This document shows, in pieces, positions 26,066 to 40,365 of a DNA stretch of 64,000 nucleotides (positions within the stretch are counted from its first letter, which is position 1; each line of letters starts with the position of its first letter). The translations under genes were made by a program, and so were the position numbers. Location: contig OZ024740.1 in assembly GCA_964016885.1 (NCBI GenBank), forward strand, positions 139,934,001 to 139,998,000, written 5' to 3'. This stretch comes from Eledone cirrhosa. Lineage: Eukaryota. The notes beneath the pieces are model-generated. The model saw only the letters and a list, made by a program, of their open reading frames with translations. It did not search any database and was not told the DNA's origin.

Positions 26066-28488
26066 CATTTCTTTATTAGCCACAAGGGCACAAAAGAAGA
26101 GGACAAATACAAATGGGGAGTTTACATACAGGTATATGAAAATAAAACTATTAATAAAACAACAAATAACAATTGAAATCCCCAATAGGGGGAAGGTGTT
26201 ACACAGGGGGTGTACACACCCCGAAAAAATGTACAACCCTCATCTCCAGGAGCACCAAGAGTGAGTACTCCCCTTCTTCTCTTCCTCTTTTTCCTCAATC
26301 TACAGGCTTATATAGAGAGAAGGCCCAACCACTCGGGCCATCTTTGCCACATTCACCCACCTTTTATAAAATTTGCTGGGGTACAGTACCTCTCTCTCCA
26401 TCCCGATTCTTCTTCCAAAATGATATTTGAAAAAATGAATCGGTTGCTGGCCGGAGAGAAAGGTGTCTGACCTCAGCCATTTTAACCTCGTCCACCATAT
26501 AACCTCTTTCACCATAGCCATAACACATAGGAAAACCGCCTCTCCCTCGTTTTTGAAGGAGAGTGGCGGTTTGATCATGACAATGGACTCGGTGGTCAAC
26601 TGGATTGGTCCCACCCGCGACAATAGTCGTTCTACATAGCCCCACAGGTCGGTAACGCCCGGGCAGTGTACAAATGCGTGTGCGACGGTTTCCTCGTCGC
26701 GCACGCATCTTGGACAGATCTTTTTCGAAGGGTCCCTGCCAGGGCGCCCGTGTCTGTAGAGCTTGTCTCGAACTGGTAGAGCTCCTCGGTAACACTGCCA
26801 GGCCAGGGACTTTTGGAAGTTGTCCATTGGTCCCGGGCGGAGGTCCTACCGAACAGACTGGCCAGTTCGTCCTCCTCTACGCCTAGAGTTTCTCAAAGCG
26901 TATCGTCGCACTTGCTGCGGACCAACCCTCTATAGAATGTCGAGGTGGAGTCTCCACTGATCGCCGGGTCCGTTTGCCAGAGGACTATGAGCGCTTGAGC
27001 ACATTCGATATGCCAGTCGCCCATTTTCCTCGGTCTTTGCTTGACCCAGGTCTGCAGCTCGGTCAGCAAGACGAGTCGTGGGAAGGCTCGCCTCACGAAC
27101 GGGGCCCACACCGGTTATCTGGTGAGGAATACGTGGAGATGCCGCAGCCTGAGCGCGTGTTTGCGCATCGTCAGCCACGGCATCCCCAGCCCTCCGTTTG
27201 AAAGGTGTTGGCAGCAGATGGATCTTCTCACCAAAGGAGCCCGTTTCTTCCAAATGAATTGGAAGAGTGCGCGCTCCATTTTGGTGGGCGTTTTGGCTGG
27301 ACAAGGCACAACGGTCAAGCAGTAGTAGATGACGGACGCTATAAAAGTGTTCGCCACCTCCGCTCGACCCTTCAAGGATAGTTTGCTCTCGGCCCACATC
27401 TGGGTGAGCGCAAACACCTTGGCCGTCACCTCATTCCAGTTTTTCTCCACCTGGAGGTCAGGACCAAACCAGACCCCGAGCAGCTTTACCGGTCCTTCCG
27501 TCCAGCGTCCGACGACGTCATCGGAAGGCATCCGTTTGCCTCTCCACGTTCCGAGTTGCAAACCGACGGATTTGTCCCGGTTCAGCTTCGCTCCTGTGAA
27601 CCCATCGTATTCCTCTAGTAAGGTGCCGATCTCCCTGATTTGCGAGGTGTTCGACACCATTACTGTCACGTCGTCGGCGTAGGCCGACGCCGCTTTTCGC
27701 AGTCCCAGTTCCAAAGAGATGCCCTGCAATAGCTCCAACTTCCGCAGTAGTGGCCCGAGAGTCAGTACGTACAGAAGGGAGGAGAGAGGGCATCCCTGTC
27801 GGATGGATCGCGTGGTATGGAACGGCTCCGAGAGGTAGCCGTTCACCTTGACCCTTGAGCAGTTGTTGCTGTTGTGCATTGCAGCAATCCATCCCCTGAA
27901 CACGGGACCGAAGCCTGCCGCCTCGAGCACCGCATCCAGGTAACGATGGTCAACCCTATCGAAAGTCTTAGACTGATCCAAGTTGATCAGGGCCCCACCG
28001 AAGCCGGGTTTACACCCTACCCTCTCTATGATGTATCGCATGAGGTGGAGGTTGTCGTGTATGGACCTGGTCGGGATTGCGCATGTCTGCGCTTCTCGCA
28101 CCAGGTTTTCGACGACAAGCGCCAGCCTCTTTGCCAACACCTTGGCCAAAATCTGTAACTATGTGTTGAGCAGAGTTATGGGCCGGAAGTTGTCTATGTC
28201 ATCCCCCTTGTTCTCGACCTCCCTGACTAACGTGATTACGCCCTTGGTCAAAGAACTGGGAATTCTCCCGTTCTGCAGCCAGTTGCAGTAGACCGCTTCC
28301 AGGAGACCGGAGAACAAGTCCAGCATTGCTACGTAAAATTCGTAGGGTAGACCGTCGAGACCTGGAGATTTGCGTTTGCTGCATTGGCTCAGTGCGTCCC
28401 CCATCTCAGCGGCTGAAATCGGCTTTTCGCAGAACTTCGCCTCGCTGTCCGAGAGTCGCGGTAGGCCGTCGAGGTATGGACCGAAATC
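26066..28488 (-). mobile_element. Tx1/L1-clade LINE copy A, 5'-truncated (RT + zf-RVT), with nonsense mutations
   Basis: SPGLDGLPYEFY, FRPITLLN, LDQSKTFDRVDH, RQGCPLS, YADD, LLGVW and CPRC...EET..HAF..C. 3' UTR with AATAAA followed by (TATC)n. Confidence 0.93.
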
Positions 28489-28489
28489 T

Positions 28490-28554
<65 letters not shown>

Positions 28555-28555
<1 letters not shown>

Positions 28556-28912
28556 TTCTTTATTTGCCATAAAGGCATAAAAAGAAGGGACAAATACAAA
28601 GGGGGAGTTTACATATAATCGAGTAAAAAGGGTGTAACATGAAAATAATCGAAAATAACCTCAAAAGGGAGGGGACGTGATGGGGGTTGCACACACCCCC
28701 GAAAAAGTGTGCAATCCTTTGCCCGGGGAGCACATGGAGAAGGTGCTCCCCTCTCCTTTACTTCTTTACCTACAGGATGGTATACAGAGAAGGCCCATTT
28801 ACACGAGCCATTCTCGCCACTATCACCCACCTTTCATAAAACTGCCTGTGGCCAAGCACCTCTCTCTCCATTCTTATCCTTCTTCCGAAGTGATATCGGA
28901 AGAAGTAGACCA
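28555..28912 (-). mobile_element. Tx1-like LINE copy B (3' end only)
   Basis: FFRYHFGRRIRMERE... plus 3' UTR; (GATA)n on both sides. Confidence 0.9.
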
Positions 28913-28916
28913 GACT

Positions 28917-28993
<77 letters not shown>

Positions 28994-29009
28994 CAGGTAT
29001 ATATATATT

Positions 29010-29138
<129 letters not shown>

Positions 29139-29160
29139 GGGATAGGAAGATAAATAGATA

Positions 29161-30158
29161 ACTTTCTTTTTATTTGCCACCAGGGCATCAAAAGTGGGTC
29201 AAGTACAAAGGGGGGAGTTTACATGCAAAGGCATCCTCAATATAGAGGAGGCAATAACAAGATATAAAAGTATAAAAATAAAATAAAATATAACAAAATA
29301 AATTTTATAACAAAATCCTCAATAGGGAGGAGGCGCCTTGGGGGGTCGCACACACCCCCGAAAAAAGTGTGCTACCCTTCTCCTCAGGAGCACAGAGAGG
29401 GGGTGCTCCCTTGGTCTTTCATCTTCCTCACCTATAGTCTGATGTAGAGTGAAGGCCCATTCACACAGGCCATTCTTGCGACTTTCACCCATCTTTCATA
29501 AAAACGGCTGGGGTGCAGCACCTCTCTCTCCATCCTGATCCTTCTTCCGAAATGATATCGGAAGAAACGGACCAGTTGTTGGCCAGAGAGAAAGGTGTCT
29601 GACCTCAGTCCTTTCAGACGCGTCCACCATACAACCTCTTTCGCCATGGCTATTAGGCAGAGAAACACCGCCTCTCCTTCATTTTTGAAGAGGGGAAGCG
29701 GCTTGATCGTTACAATAGACTCGGTGGTCAACCGGATCGGTCCCACCCTTGACAGCAGTTGTTCGACATAGCCCCACAGATCGGCAATGCCCGAGCAGTG
29801 TACCAATGCGTGTGCAACGGTTTCCTCGTCGCACACGCATCTGGGACAGATCTTTTTCGAGGGGTCCCTACCCGGGCGCCCGTGTCTGTAGAGCCTTTCT
29901 CGAACGGGCAGAGCCCCTCGGTAGCACTGCCAGGCCAGGGACCTCTGGAAGTTATCCATGGATCCCGGGCTGAATGTCCTACCGAACAGGTTGGCCAGTT
30001 CGTCTTCCTCCATGCCTAGGGCTTCTCCGAGGGCGTCGTCGCACCTGCTAACCACCAGCCCTCTATAGAATGACGAGGTGGATTTTCCACTGACAGCCGG
30101 GTCCGCCTGCCAGAGAGCCGTGAGCGCCTGGGCACACTCGGTGTGTCAGGCGCCCAGT
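29161..30158 (-). mobile_element. Tx1-like LINE copy C (3' 1 kb) with TSD
   Basis: ORF 29432-30055; TSD GATAGGAAG(A/T)TAAATAGATA at 29141-29160 and 30161-30180. Confidence 0.92.
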
Positions 30159-30213
30159 TAGATAGGAAGTTAAATAGATAGATAGATAAATAGATAGATA
30201 GATTGATAGACAG

Positions 30214-30358
<145 letters not shown>

Positions 30359-30422
30359 GGGGGAGGGAGAGAGAGAGAGAGAAGGGATAGGAAGATAAAT
30401 AGATAGATAGATTGATAGACAG

Positions 30423-30457
<35 letters not shown>

Positions 30458-30627
30458 CAATATCGGCGAAAGCTTTTTAGCGATACTCCGGCCAAATTCC
30501 AACTCACTCAACAAACATTAGAAATAAGTGATTATATTCCTAATTATGCGTTCGGGGTGCTAACTAAAAGTATTGCGTGGAAAATTGGCTGTATTATTTC
30601 ATATGAGACATATCTAATATATCTCTT

Positions 30628-30753
30628 CCCAGACGGACGTCTCGTTCATTATAGGATTCCTACAATTTGGGTGAAATTATTCCAATTTATATAGGAGCTT
30701 GTATACCATCAATAGATATATATTCAATTGGGCTCCTATAATTCATCAGTGGG
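30628..30753 (-). ncRNA. Branched-stem II HHR, second copy (GAAA reduced to GAA, likely inactive)
   Basis: CCCA-CTGATGA-ATTATAGGA...TCCTATAAT-GAA-CGAGACGTCCG-TC-TGGG; lies within the 30620-30806 homologue of 15425-15608. Confidence 0.6.
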
Positions 30754-31085
30754 TGCCCAATAACACTAATATTGATAATCTAACCAACATCAGTATTTAG
30801 CGATAATCATCATCCTCTGTGCCTGAGGTATCTGTCAGGTTGCCAGTCCAGCAGTTTTAAAGAAGTGCTCAAACTGATTCAAAAAATGAGGAAGTAAATT
30901 ACCGCCAAAAAAACAATACATGCGCATGACAATGAATTCTGAAAGGAATTCAGGCCACGTGCTAAGAACTCAATTGGAAATTGAAAAAATATCTATGTGT
31001 GTACATCATTTGATGACACACACAGATATTTCTCGGGCAAAATAACAGAGTGAGATATAAGGAACAATCAATATTCATATATAAA

Positions 31086-31181
<96 letters not shown>

Positions 31182-31381
31182 GCTAGGAAGATAGATAGAT
31201 AGATAAATTTCTTTGATAGATAGATAATCAAAGAGTGAAGTGTTAAATAAATTAAATAAATCATAAAATCATGACAAAACAAACTATCGAAAACCGACGT
31301 TACCCCGAACAGGTGGCTAATGATCGGAATTGTTTATTTTGTCCTGTTTTTTTAATTGTGTGTGTATGTGTGTGTATGTGT

Positions 31382-31470
<89 letters not shown>

Positions 31471-31495
31471 CGCGTGTGTGTGTGTGTGCGCGCGC

Positions 31496-31538
<43 letters not shown>

Positions 31539-31670
31539 GTGTGTGTGTCTGTGTGTGTGTGTATGTGTGTGCGTGTGTGTGTGTGTGTGTGTATGTGTGT
31601 GTGTGTATGTGTGTGTGTGTGTGTGTGTGAGAGAGATGATAACCGATATAACCGAAAGTGGATGAATAAT

Positions 31671-31887
31671 GTTTCTGATTTAGGCACAAGGCCAACAATT
31701 TGGGGGAAGGAGAAAGTCGAATAAATATAACCGTAGTGCATTACTGGTACTTTATTTTATCGACCACGTAAAGATGAAAGGCAAAGTTCACCTCGGCGGG
31801 ATTTGAACTGAGACCGTAAAGAGCCGTAACTCTATGCCACGAAGCATGCTGTCCGATGCTCTACCGATGCTGCCAATCCGCTGCCCT
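31671..31887 (-). mobile_element. SINE family A variant with TSD
   Basis: TSD GAAAGTGGATGAATAAT at 31654-31670 and 31888-31904. Confidence 0.9.
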
Positions 31888-32214
31888 GAAAGTGGATGAA
31901 TAATACGAAGAGTGTGTGTCCCAGCACCAGATTTATCAGGGGCCGAGGGGGCGAATGCCCTAGGTACTTCTTGTCAAATGGGGTCCCCCCCAGGAACATC
32001 CCTGGATCCCCAAAACCTGAACTGCCCCGAACGCCCATAAGGTTTAAATATGGCCCTGCGTGTCTCTGTGTGTGTTTTTATGTTTGTGTGTTTGTACGTG
32101 TGTATGTGTACGTGTGTACGTGTGTGTGTGTGTGTAACTGTTATGTAACGGGTTATGAGAGGAAGAGAGGAAGACTGTATATGTGTGAATAGTTGCTATT
32201 TAATAATATTATAA

Positions 32215-32395
32215 TTGGCAGTATCGGTAGAGGGTTGGACGCCATGCTTTCTAGCATAGTTACGTCCCTTTACAGTCTGAGTTCAAATCCCGCCGAGGTT
32301 AACTTTGCCTTTCATCCTTACGGATCGATAAAATAAAGTACCAGTAATGTACTGGGTAATTGCTGGCCTTGTGCCTAAAGTAGAAACAAATATTA
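32215..32395 (+). mobile_element. SINE family A
   Basis: Consensus match. Confidence 0.9.
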
Positions 32396-32898
32396 TTTAT
32401 AACATTTAAATTATCGAGGAATTTCATTGAAAATGTTTATACTAATCTGAATAAAGAACTAGCCTATTGATTGAAGGGGAAGGTTAAATTTACTTGACTT
32501 CTATGTAAACACACTCATTAACTGCTTAATGAACACAAGGATATGGTCCGAACGTGGAAGAGCCGAACTCCCACTGTCACTGCCTCCGTTTCTCTAGCCC
32601 ACGTCAGTGTGTTTGACGGTACACAGAAAGCAAGTGAATTTGCAGAATCCAGGCATGATGTCAGAAAATAATTTATTATAAATTTTGTCCGTTTACATCA
32701 AATGTCTGCTGCTTTTCTAGCATTTTTTCAATCACAAATCACTTTTCTCTCAACAAATACTAAAAACAGCACTCGAACATTTTATTGGACACGTGTGCCA
32801 GAATTTTATGTAAACAAACAGACAAAATTCATAACTCATAATTGACTAATGAGTGGAATTTGGTAAACGGAAATTACAGAAGCGCATCATATATATGT

Positions 32899-32938
<40 letters not shown>

Positions 32939-32993
32939 GGAGAGTTGTGTGTGTTTGTATGCAGTATTGGGGCTTTATTCTTCTTCTATTCCC

Positions 32994-33043
<50 letters not shown>

Positions 33044-33306
33044 CAACTTTGCCGTTCATCCTTTCGAGGTTGCTAATAAAAGTACCAGTCTAGTACTGGG
33101 GTCGATTCTTCCTCTATATCTCTTTCTCATTTCCTCTCTCTCACTTTCTATCTTTCTCTGGAAGAAATCTTCTGTACTCAGGCCTGGAGGGGGAGGGGTT
33201 CCGCCAGGCTTAAAATGCCCAAGTAACGCCGTCTGTCAATACGGTACCCCTACGAATGTATCAGTTGTTACGGGACCATACATACATATATATGTAAGAC
33301 ATGAGT

Positions 33307-33506
33307 NNNNNNNNNNNNNNNNNNNNNNNNNNNNNNNNNNNNNNNNNNNNNNNNNNNNNNNNNNNNNNNNNNNNNNNNNNNNNNNNNNNNNNNNNNNNNN
33401 NNNNNNNNNNNNNNNNNNNNNNNNNNNNNNNNNNNNNNNNNNNNNNNNNNNNNNNNNNNNNNNNNNNNNNNNNNNNNNNNNNNNNNNNNNNNNNNNNNNN
33501 NNNNNN
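33307..33506. other. Assembly gap (200 N)
   Basis: Run of N. Confidence 1.
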
Positions 33507-34209
33507 ATGATTTATACACGAGTGTACACGTTAATTACAATTTTTGTGGCTTTATTAATTTCATTCAGTGGTTTCTTAACTGCTTATCAACCCACGCACA
33601 CAGGCTCACATACATACACATACACACACACATGCATTCATACATATATACATACATACATATATATATCATTTTTATGAAATATATTAAAACTACTGTA
33701 TGTACTGCATTATATAAAATATACTATATATAATATACTAGTAATTGGGAATCTTTTCATTATCGAAATTGATTTTCCCACGGCACCCACACGACAATAA
33801 CTCTCCTCCCGGATGAGAGCAACAGTTGAAAATGAAAAGTATTTATACTTGAAGAAGCATGGATACCAACAAGTGTATGTATATTACATTTTCAACAAAG
33901 TGCTTGACATTTTGAACTTTGCTCATGCAACCCCAGAAACTACATTTGCGAACCCTAGATTTGGAACCGCTGAGATATAACTTTAAATAATCCCGCCAAA
34001 GTTAACTTGGACTGTATCAGTCAAGTTCTGAGGCGATTGTATACATTTCTTCATTCATCATGATTGAGCAAACACCACCTCTTAGAAATCTCTTTACTAT
34101 ACGACATACTATACTAACTGATCCACGGTTTAATTAGAAACAGACACCAAGATGAATGTGACTTTTAAATATTTTATCTATAATTTATATATTATAATAT
34201 ATATATATA

Positions 34210-34295
<86 letters not shown>

Positions 34296-34374
34296 TACAT
34301 AATACTTAAATAATATAATCGTCGAGGATTAAAAAACAAATGTTTGGCGTTTGCTGCTAACCCTACCATAATCA

Positions 34375-34475
<101 letters not shown>

Positions 34476-36072
34476 ATTTACTATCCCCTTTCAGCGTGGC
34501 CGATCTTTTACACGAAATATTCAACAGTTTCAATATAGAAGATAGATGACAATATAAACTATAGCAGAAGTAATACATGATTTATGAAGAATGAGAATTA
34601 TATTTGGAAATATCTATTTGCTCTGACTTGCAACATTCCAAAACTATCTTTACATGTCATGTCACCATATTGTTTCCCAAAATATTTATTGATTTGTTCT
34701 TTGTATTATTTTATTTTATTTTATTTTCATATTTGCTTTTCGTATTTTTTACAAAAAAAAAATATGTACATATTTTATAACTGTTTTCTATTCATCTAAA
34801 ATATGATTTTAATAAATAAATAAATAAACGAAGCCATCAAGTGTGAATATTATCAAGAATTTTTCATTTTTTCATTTATATTTCTATATCTCAGCTTCTG
34901 TATAAATATATCATAAATCTCATATGATGTCTGTCAAACAAATATATACTTATATATACTGTACATACTCATATATATGTCTCCCCGGTAGATACTCATA
35001 TATATGTCTCACCGGTAGATCATATTCCCCTGAATCCTCTATGAATTATACTTGATACAAATCTTGCATTACAAGTTGGTTTTTCACGTCGCATTATTCT
35101 AGAAAAAGATGTGACTTATACACTCGTGTATACGGTATATATTATTATTGCAGTAAAGAACATGTATAGATAATTTTCAATCATCATTGTAATTCTTATC
35201 ATATATTCGCTATTTCCATGCAAGATGGGTTGAATGAGCATTTTCGAGGGCCTGATGCCCTTATTTTATTTTTAAGTATAGTATATACAACTACACTTTG
35301 ACAAACCGCTAAGCTAAGCTATGGGATTGTGGCTACCACAATTCAACAGCTATGACTTCTTCAGACAGAAGCAACACACAGAAAATATTAAAAAAACATT
35401 TTCTTGGAGAAAAAATGATATCAGAGAAAAGTAAAGTTTTTAACGGTTATTTTTACTTTCTGATATTGTCAGTTGTTCATGTTGTTATATTATAAATATA
35501 TATAAATGGCCTCTACAGGACTAGAACTGTTTCATTCGAAGGAAATCCTCTAATAACCGATTTTTCACTCGCTTATTAATTTGTGTTTGAGATACGTTGG
35601 CTGAGAGCTTATGGCGGAAGCGGAACTATTTGAATTTCGTCTCCTACCGTAACGTAAATTTCTGAACCAGTAGCCAATCGGTTGACGGCATTGTGATGAC
35701 GCGTAGGGATTTCAGTTACTAATGTCCTAATGTGTTGGCCCTCACATTCACCGTCATAGCCGACACGGACTGGAATCAAATTTCTGTTGATCGATTGGTT
35801 ATTGATTAGGCGAAACGTGCTGATGAGGCTGCATGCGCCGATTATGCATTGTTGCATAATAAACGCATACAGTGGATGGTGTGCATTCTATTGCTGTATT
35901 AAGTGCGGCCGAAACTCGAGTACGTGTATAGATTGAAGGTACCCATACATGTGTGTTGTATTGAAGCGAATAATTATGAGTCTATTCTGGGATTTTACAT
36001 AACATTACTTATTGAGTACACTGAGATGCAACCGGTACTAGCTGTGAAACACATGCTAGTCCCGTCAACTTG

Positions 36073-36172
36073 TCGAGGTTAACTTTGCCTTTCATCCTTA
36101 CGGGGTCGATAAAATAAAGTACCAGTAATGCACTGGGTAATTGCTAGCCTTGTGCCAAAAGTAGAAACAATT
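36073..36172 (+). mobile_element. SINE family A, 3' half
   Basis: Matches the 3' half of the consensus. Confidence 0.85.
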
Positions 36173-36175
36173 ACT

Positions 36176-36324
<149 letters not shown>

Positions 36325-36373
36325 CAGAGTTTTGTAGCTTGCTTGAAGCATTGTTTAATAGGAAACACAAATT

Positions 36374-36451
36374 TAAATTTTGAAGACCAACACAATGCTT
36401 ATGGAGAATGTTAACATTCTCCATAAGCATTGTGTTGGTCTTCAAAATTTA
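36374..36451. repeat. Perfect 78-bp palindrome
   Basis: TAAATTTTGAAGACC...GAATGTT|AACATTC...GGTCTTCAAAATTTA. Confidence 0.95.
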
Positions 36452-36467
36452 TATATATATATATATA

Positions 36468-39360
36468 AACCTTTGGTACTGAAAAAACCACACTTTAACC
36501 TGAAAGATCACAAATCTAACTTTAACTCTAATCCTTCTATAAGACTTATATGCCCTTCCAAGTCTGACATTGGCATCATTAGTAAAACAAATTTAGATAG
36601 AATTATCCCACAATTAAGAAAACACGTTAATTTACCACTCTGGGAAAACACATCCCAAGTAATTAACTGGTTTACTAATATTAGAAATAAATCATCTGCT
36701 TCATTTCTACAATTTGATATAGATGCTTATTATTCCTCTATATCACCCATACTCCTGAACAAAACCTTGATATTTGCCAAAAATAGATCAAACTTAACTA
36801 TGGATGACATTAATATTATCACGCACGCTAGACAAACACTACTGGAATTTCAGAAGGAATACTGGACCAGAAATACATATAGTAATCTCTTCGACATTAC
36901 TAGTGATTCCGTCCAAATTACCGATCTTGTGGGCCTCTTTCTTCTATTTAACATTAATTCATCTTTTCCCCCACTTTAAAGGTGGTTTATATCGTGATGA
37001 CTAACTTCTTCTTTCCACTAATCTTAGCCTATCAGAAATTGAAAAAAATAAAAAAACTTATTAGAACTTTCCTCAAAGACTATTACAATCTCACTATTAC
37101 ATTTGAAAACACCAGTAAAATAGTCAATTTCCTAGATATAACGTTATACCTATCTACGAGTATCTACCAACCTTACCATAAACCTAACCAAAACTTACAT
37201 TACATACACTTACAATCCAATCACCCTAGATCTATCCTTAAAAACCTAGCATATAATATCTCACTCAGAATCTCTAACCTTTCATCTAACCAAGATGTAT
37301 TCGATAAAAACGGCCATAAAAACAAATTAGTCTATATACCTAGCACCAATAATACTTCAAACATACAACCCAATATTACCAACAAACACCAAATGAAAAA
37401 CCCACACCTAAATGCCACTCATACTACACCCAAAAATACCAACCTAAAACTTAATTTATCTACCTCTTCTCACATACAATATAATGACTTTCAAAAAAAC
37501 CATTCATCCTAATACTCCAATATATGTTAACAACATTACTAACAAAATTCATAGTAATCAGACTAAAACACCTAAATCAGTTAATCTAACTAAACCTATA
37601 TATAATAAATTCATTACTAGTAACTCTCTTAGTAAACATCCTGATACATCGTATAAATATAAAAAACAATATCGAAACCGTAATAGACGGGTTACTTGGT
37701 ATAATGCTCCATTTAATCTACAAATTAAAGATAATATCCCTAAAAAATGTTTACTATCCTAGAGAAAAACTTCCCGCCAAACCATAAATACCATCAAATT
37801 TTAAATAGATCAACTGTCAAATTTTCCTACTCCACTACCAAAAATATACAACAAAATATAAGTGCGTACAACGCATATAAATGTAAAAAACCCACAAATA
37901 TACCATCAACACATCGAACCAACCATATACAAATATACTACCAACCGTAACAAACCACCATCTCCTTCACCTATAACAAGTCGAGTAAATTCCACACCAA
38001 ATTTGACTAACTCCCCTGATATAATATTCGAGAATGGTTGTAACTGTAAAATCAAAAGAAATTGCCCATTAAAGGGAAATTGTCTTAATAATAACATAGT
38101 CTATAAATGTAAAATTGACACAAAGGACTCCACTTATTCATATATAGGAGCTACCTAAACCAATTTAAAGTAAGATTTAATACCCACAAACATAGTTTTA
38201 AAAATGCCGCATTAGCTAATACAACATCCTTGGCTGAAACAATTAATAATTATAGAAAGAAGAATATCGATTACAACCTAACCTGGAGTGTGCTCAAAAG
38301 GGCCACCCCTTATCAAAATAACAGATACGAGTGTAGGTTATGCTCCCAGGAACTTTTTGAAATCATGAAATCTAAGGATATCCTATTAAATAAGCGATAG
38401 GAATTAATTATATCTTGCAATCATAAAATTAGAAGAACCTTCAAATATTATAAACCTAATTAATATACACCTTACACTTATATTTTACATATTATTATAA
38501 TTAGTTTTTTAATTTAGTTAACCTATAATTAGTAATTTACTACAGAGTACTTCATAATTTTATTTCCCTCTTACAGCTCTTTTCCTAAAATTAATACCTA
38601 AAAGTATACCTATAAATTAATTTAATTTCCTGTTATGAATCTAGATTCCTTGTAGTTTATATAAGATTGGTATTTCTCACTACTACCCCTATCCCATAAT
38701 TTTACTTTCCTTCGCTTTTTAACAACACTCTTTAATAACATCTAATTCTTATTTATCACATTCATATGAATTAATATAAATTTATCCTTATAAGTATACC
38801 TATCAATTAATTTAATTTCTTGTTATAGATCTAGATTCCTTGTGGTTTAAATAAGATTAGTATTTCTCACTAATACCCTTACCCTAAAATTTTATTCTCC
38901 TTCGTTTTTAACATTATTCTTTAATAACATCAAATTTTCGTGCACCCTTCACTGGCTTGACCTCTTTTCATCCCCAAAGTATTATTTTCATTCAAAGCAT
39001 TTTTTTCATTCAAAACATAAGTCTGCACTCCTCTACCCCTAAATTAAATTTCTACTACCACTATTCTATCAACTTGACCTCTAACTACTTCTCTATTGGT
39101 TAATTTAAAACCTGTTCCCAAACAGACCTTTTATATTAAATCTTTGTTGGGTTTTTTCAATAAATAAATCTCATCATTTCCGAAGGCAGCATGTATATGT
39201 GAAGGTATGTATATTTCCTCTGATAATTTGTAATATTTATACATAGATCTATATGATATACATACCAACACACATATACATCCTAGAAACGATCGTAAAT
39301 TGGTGATTTTTTTAATATAAGGAACTTGTTCTTTGTTTTTATTTCATTGTTTTTATTAAT
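36468..39360 (+). mobile_element. Penelope-like element (Naiad-like), RT + CxCx5C linker + GIY-YIG, frameshifted, with 3' pLTR
   Basis: LKDHK.NF...P..RLI.P.KS, FDI..YY.SI, GLYRDD, NFLDIT, YHKPN, SNHP, VTWYNAPF, KFSYS, CNCKIKRNCPL.G.CL, IVY...YIGAT; GIY-YIG tail to about 38460. About 190-bp tandem duplication in the 3' UTR (38600-38940). Confidence 0.92.
39173..39305 (+). ncRNA. Degenerate HHR at the PLE 3' end
   Basis: ATCATTT-CCGAAGG (decayed CTGAAGA)-long stem II (ATGTATATGTG/CACATATACAT)-GAAA-CGATCG-TA-AATTGGT. Confidence 0.5.
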
Positions 39361-39361
39361 T

Positions 39362-39429
<68 letters not shown>

Positions 39430-39435
39430 CTCTCT

Positions 39436-39735
39436 AGCCGCAACCTGGTGCAGTCTGCGACTAACCCAGGTTCTGCTGCACGTCGTGCTGGGGAGGCCAA
39501 ACTCTTCAAATACCGGTCGTACTCCGACAGGTTTGCGGTTGTACCCTTGGCAGTGGAGACTTCTGTTGTCCTCGACCCTAGGGCTACCTCCCTACTCACC
39601 ACCTTAAGCGCTGAGCTGGCCAGCCGCAAGTGTGAGCCTCGCGAGCTGGAATGGCTTTTCCAGCGCGTCTCCCTTGCCGTCCTCCGGGGAAACGCCTTCT
39701 CTATTCTGTCCGCCGTGGCTGTGGGGAGGCCACCA
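39436..39735 (+). mobile_element. CRE-clade element 3' fragment (RLE C-terminus)
   Basis: Closely similar to 5797-6090 (SRNLVQSATNPGSAARRA...). Confidence 0.9.
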
Positions 39736-40291
39736 ATATGATTGACTGACTTGTCATTTTATCAGTCAGATGTTTTTAGACGGCCCAAGGGTGGCCCTTT
39801 GCAATAGATAAGTTTTACACTTAACGAGAGTAAGACATAAAGAAAGAAACGCACACACGACGTTGCATGAAAAACAACACGGCAACGATAACAAAAGGGA
39901 ACTACCACTGACGTTTCCTAAAGCCAAACGTCCGCACAATAGAAAACTATGTTCCATACACAAAAATTAACTTCACGAACTTACCACCAAAAGATTTAAA
40001 AGTTCTGCAATACAACACGAATAGCATGAATACACCTTTATGGAAATGAGAGAGAGAGGGAAAAAGAGAGAGAGATAGATAGATAGATAGATAGATAGAG
40101 AGAGGGAGAGAGAGAGAGAGAGAGAGGGTACGACAGGGAAGGGTGTAGAGAGATGGGTTTCGTAAAAGTTGACATCGCGCCCTCTACACATGCAACATTA
40201 AAACGGGGCCATTCGGGTTACATTTGACACCACAATCAGGTTATGTTGCTTTTCAAATCTCTCTCTCTCTTATATATATATATATGTGTGT

Positions 40292-40365
<74 letters not shown>

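Noticed and set aside
26674-28291. Plus-strand ORFs overlapping the Tx1 LINE (and minus-strand ORFs over the CRE element)
   Set aside because: Antisense shadows of GC-rich retrotransposon coding sequence.
35296-35368. CTGAAGA plus long hairpin on the minus strand as a hammerhead
   Set aside because: GAAA is missing; possibly a decayed HHR but not supportable.
35816-35850. CTGATGA-GGC..GCC as a hammerhead
   Set aside because: Followed by GATT rather than GAAA; no stem I partner.
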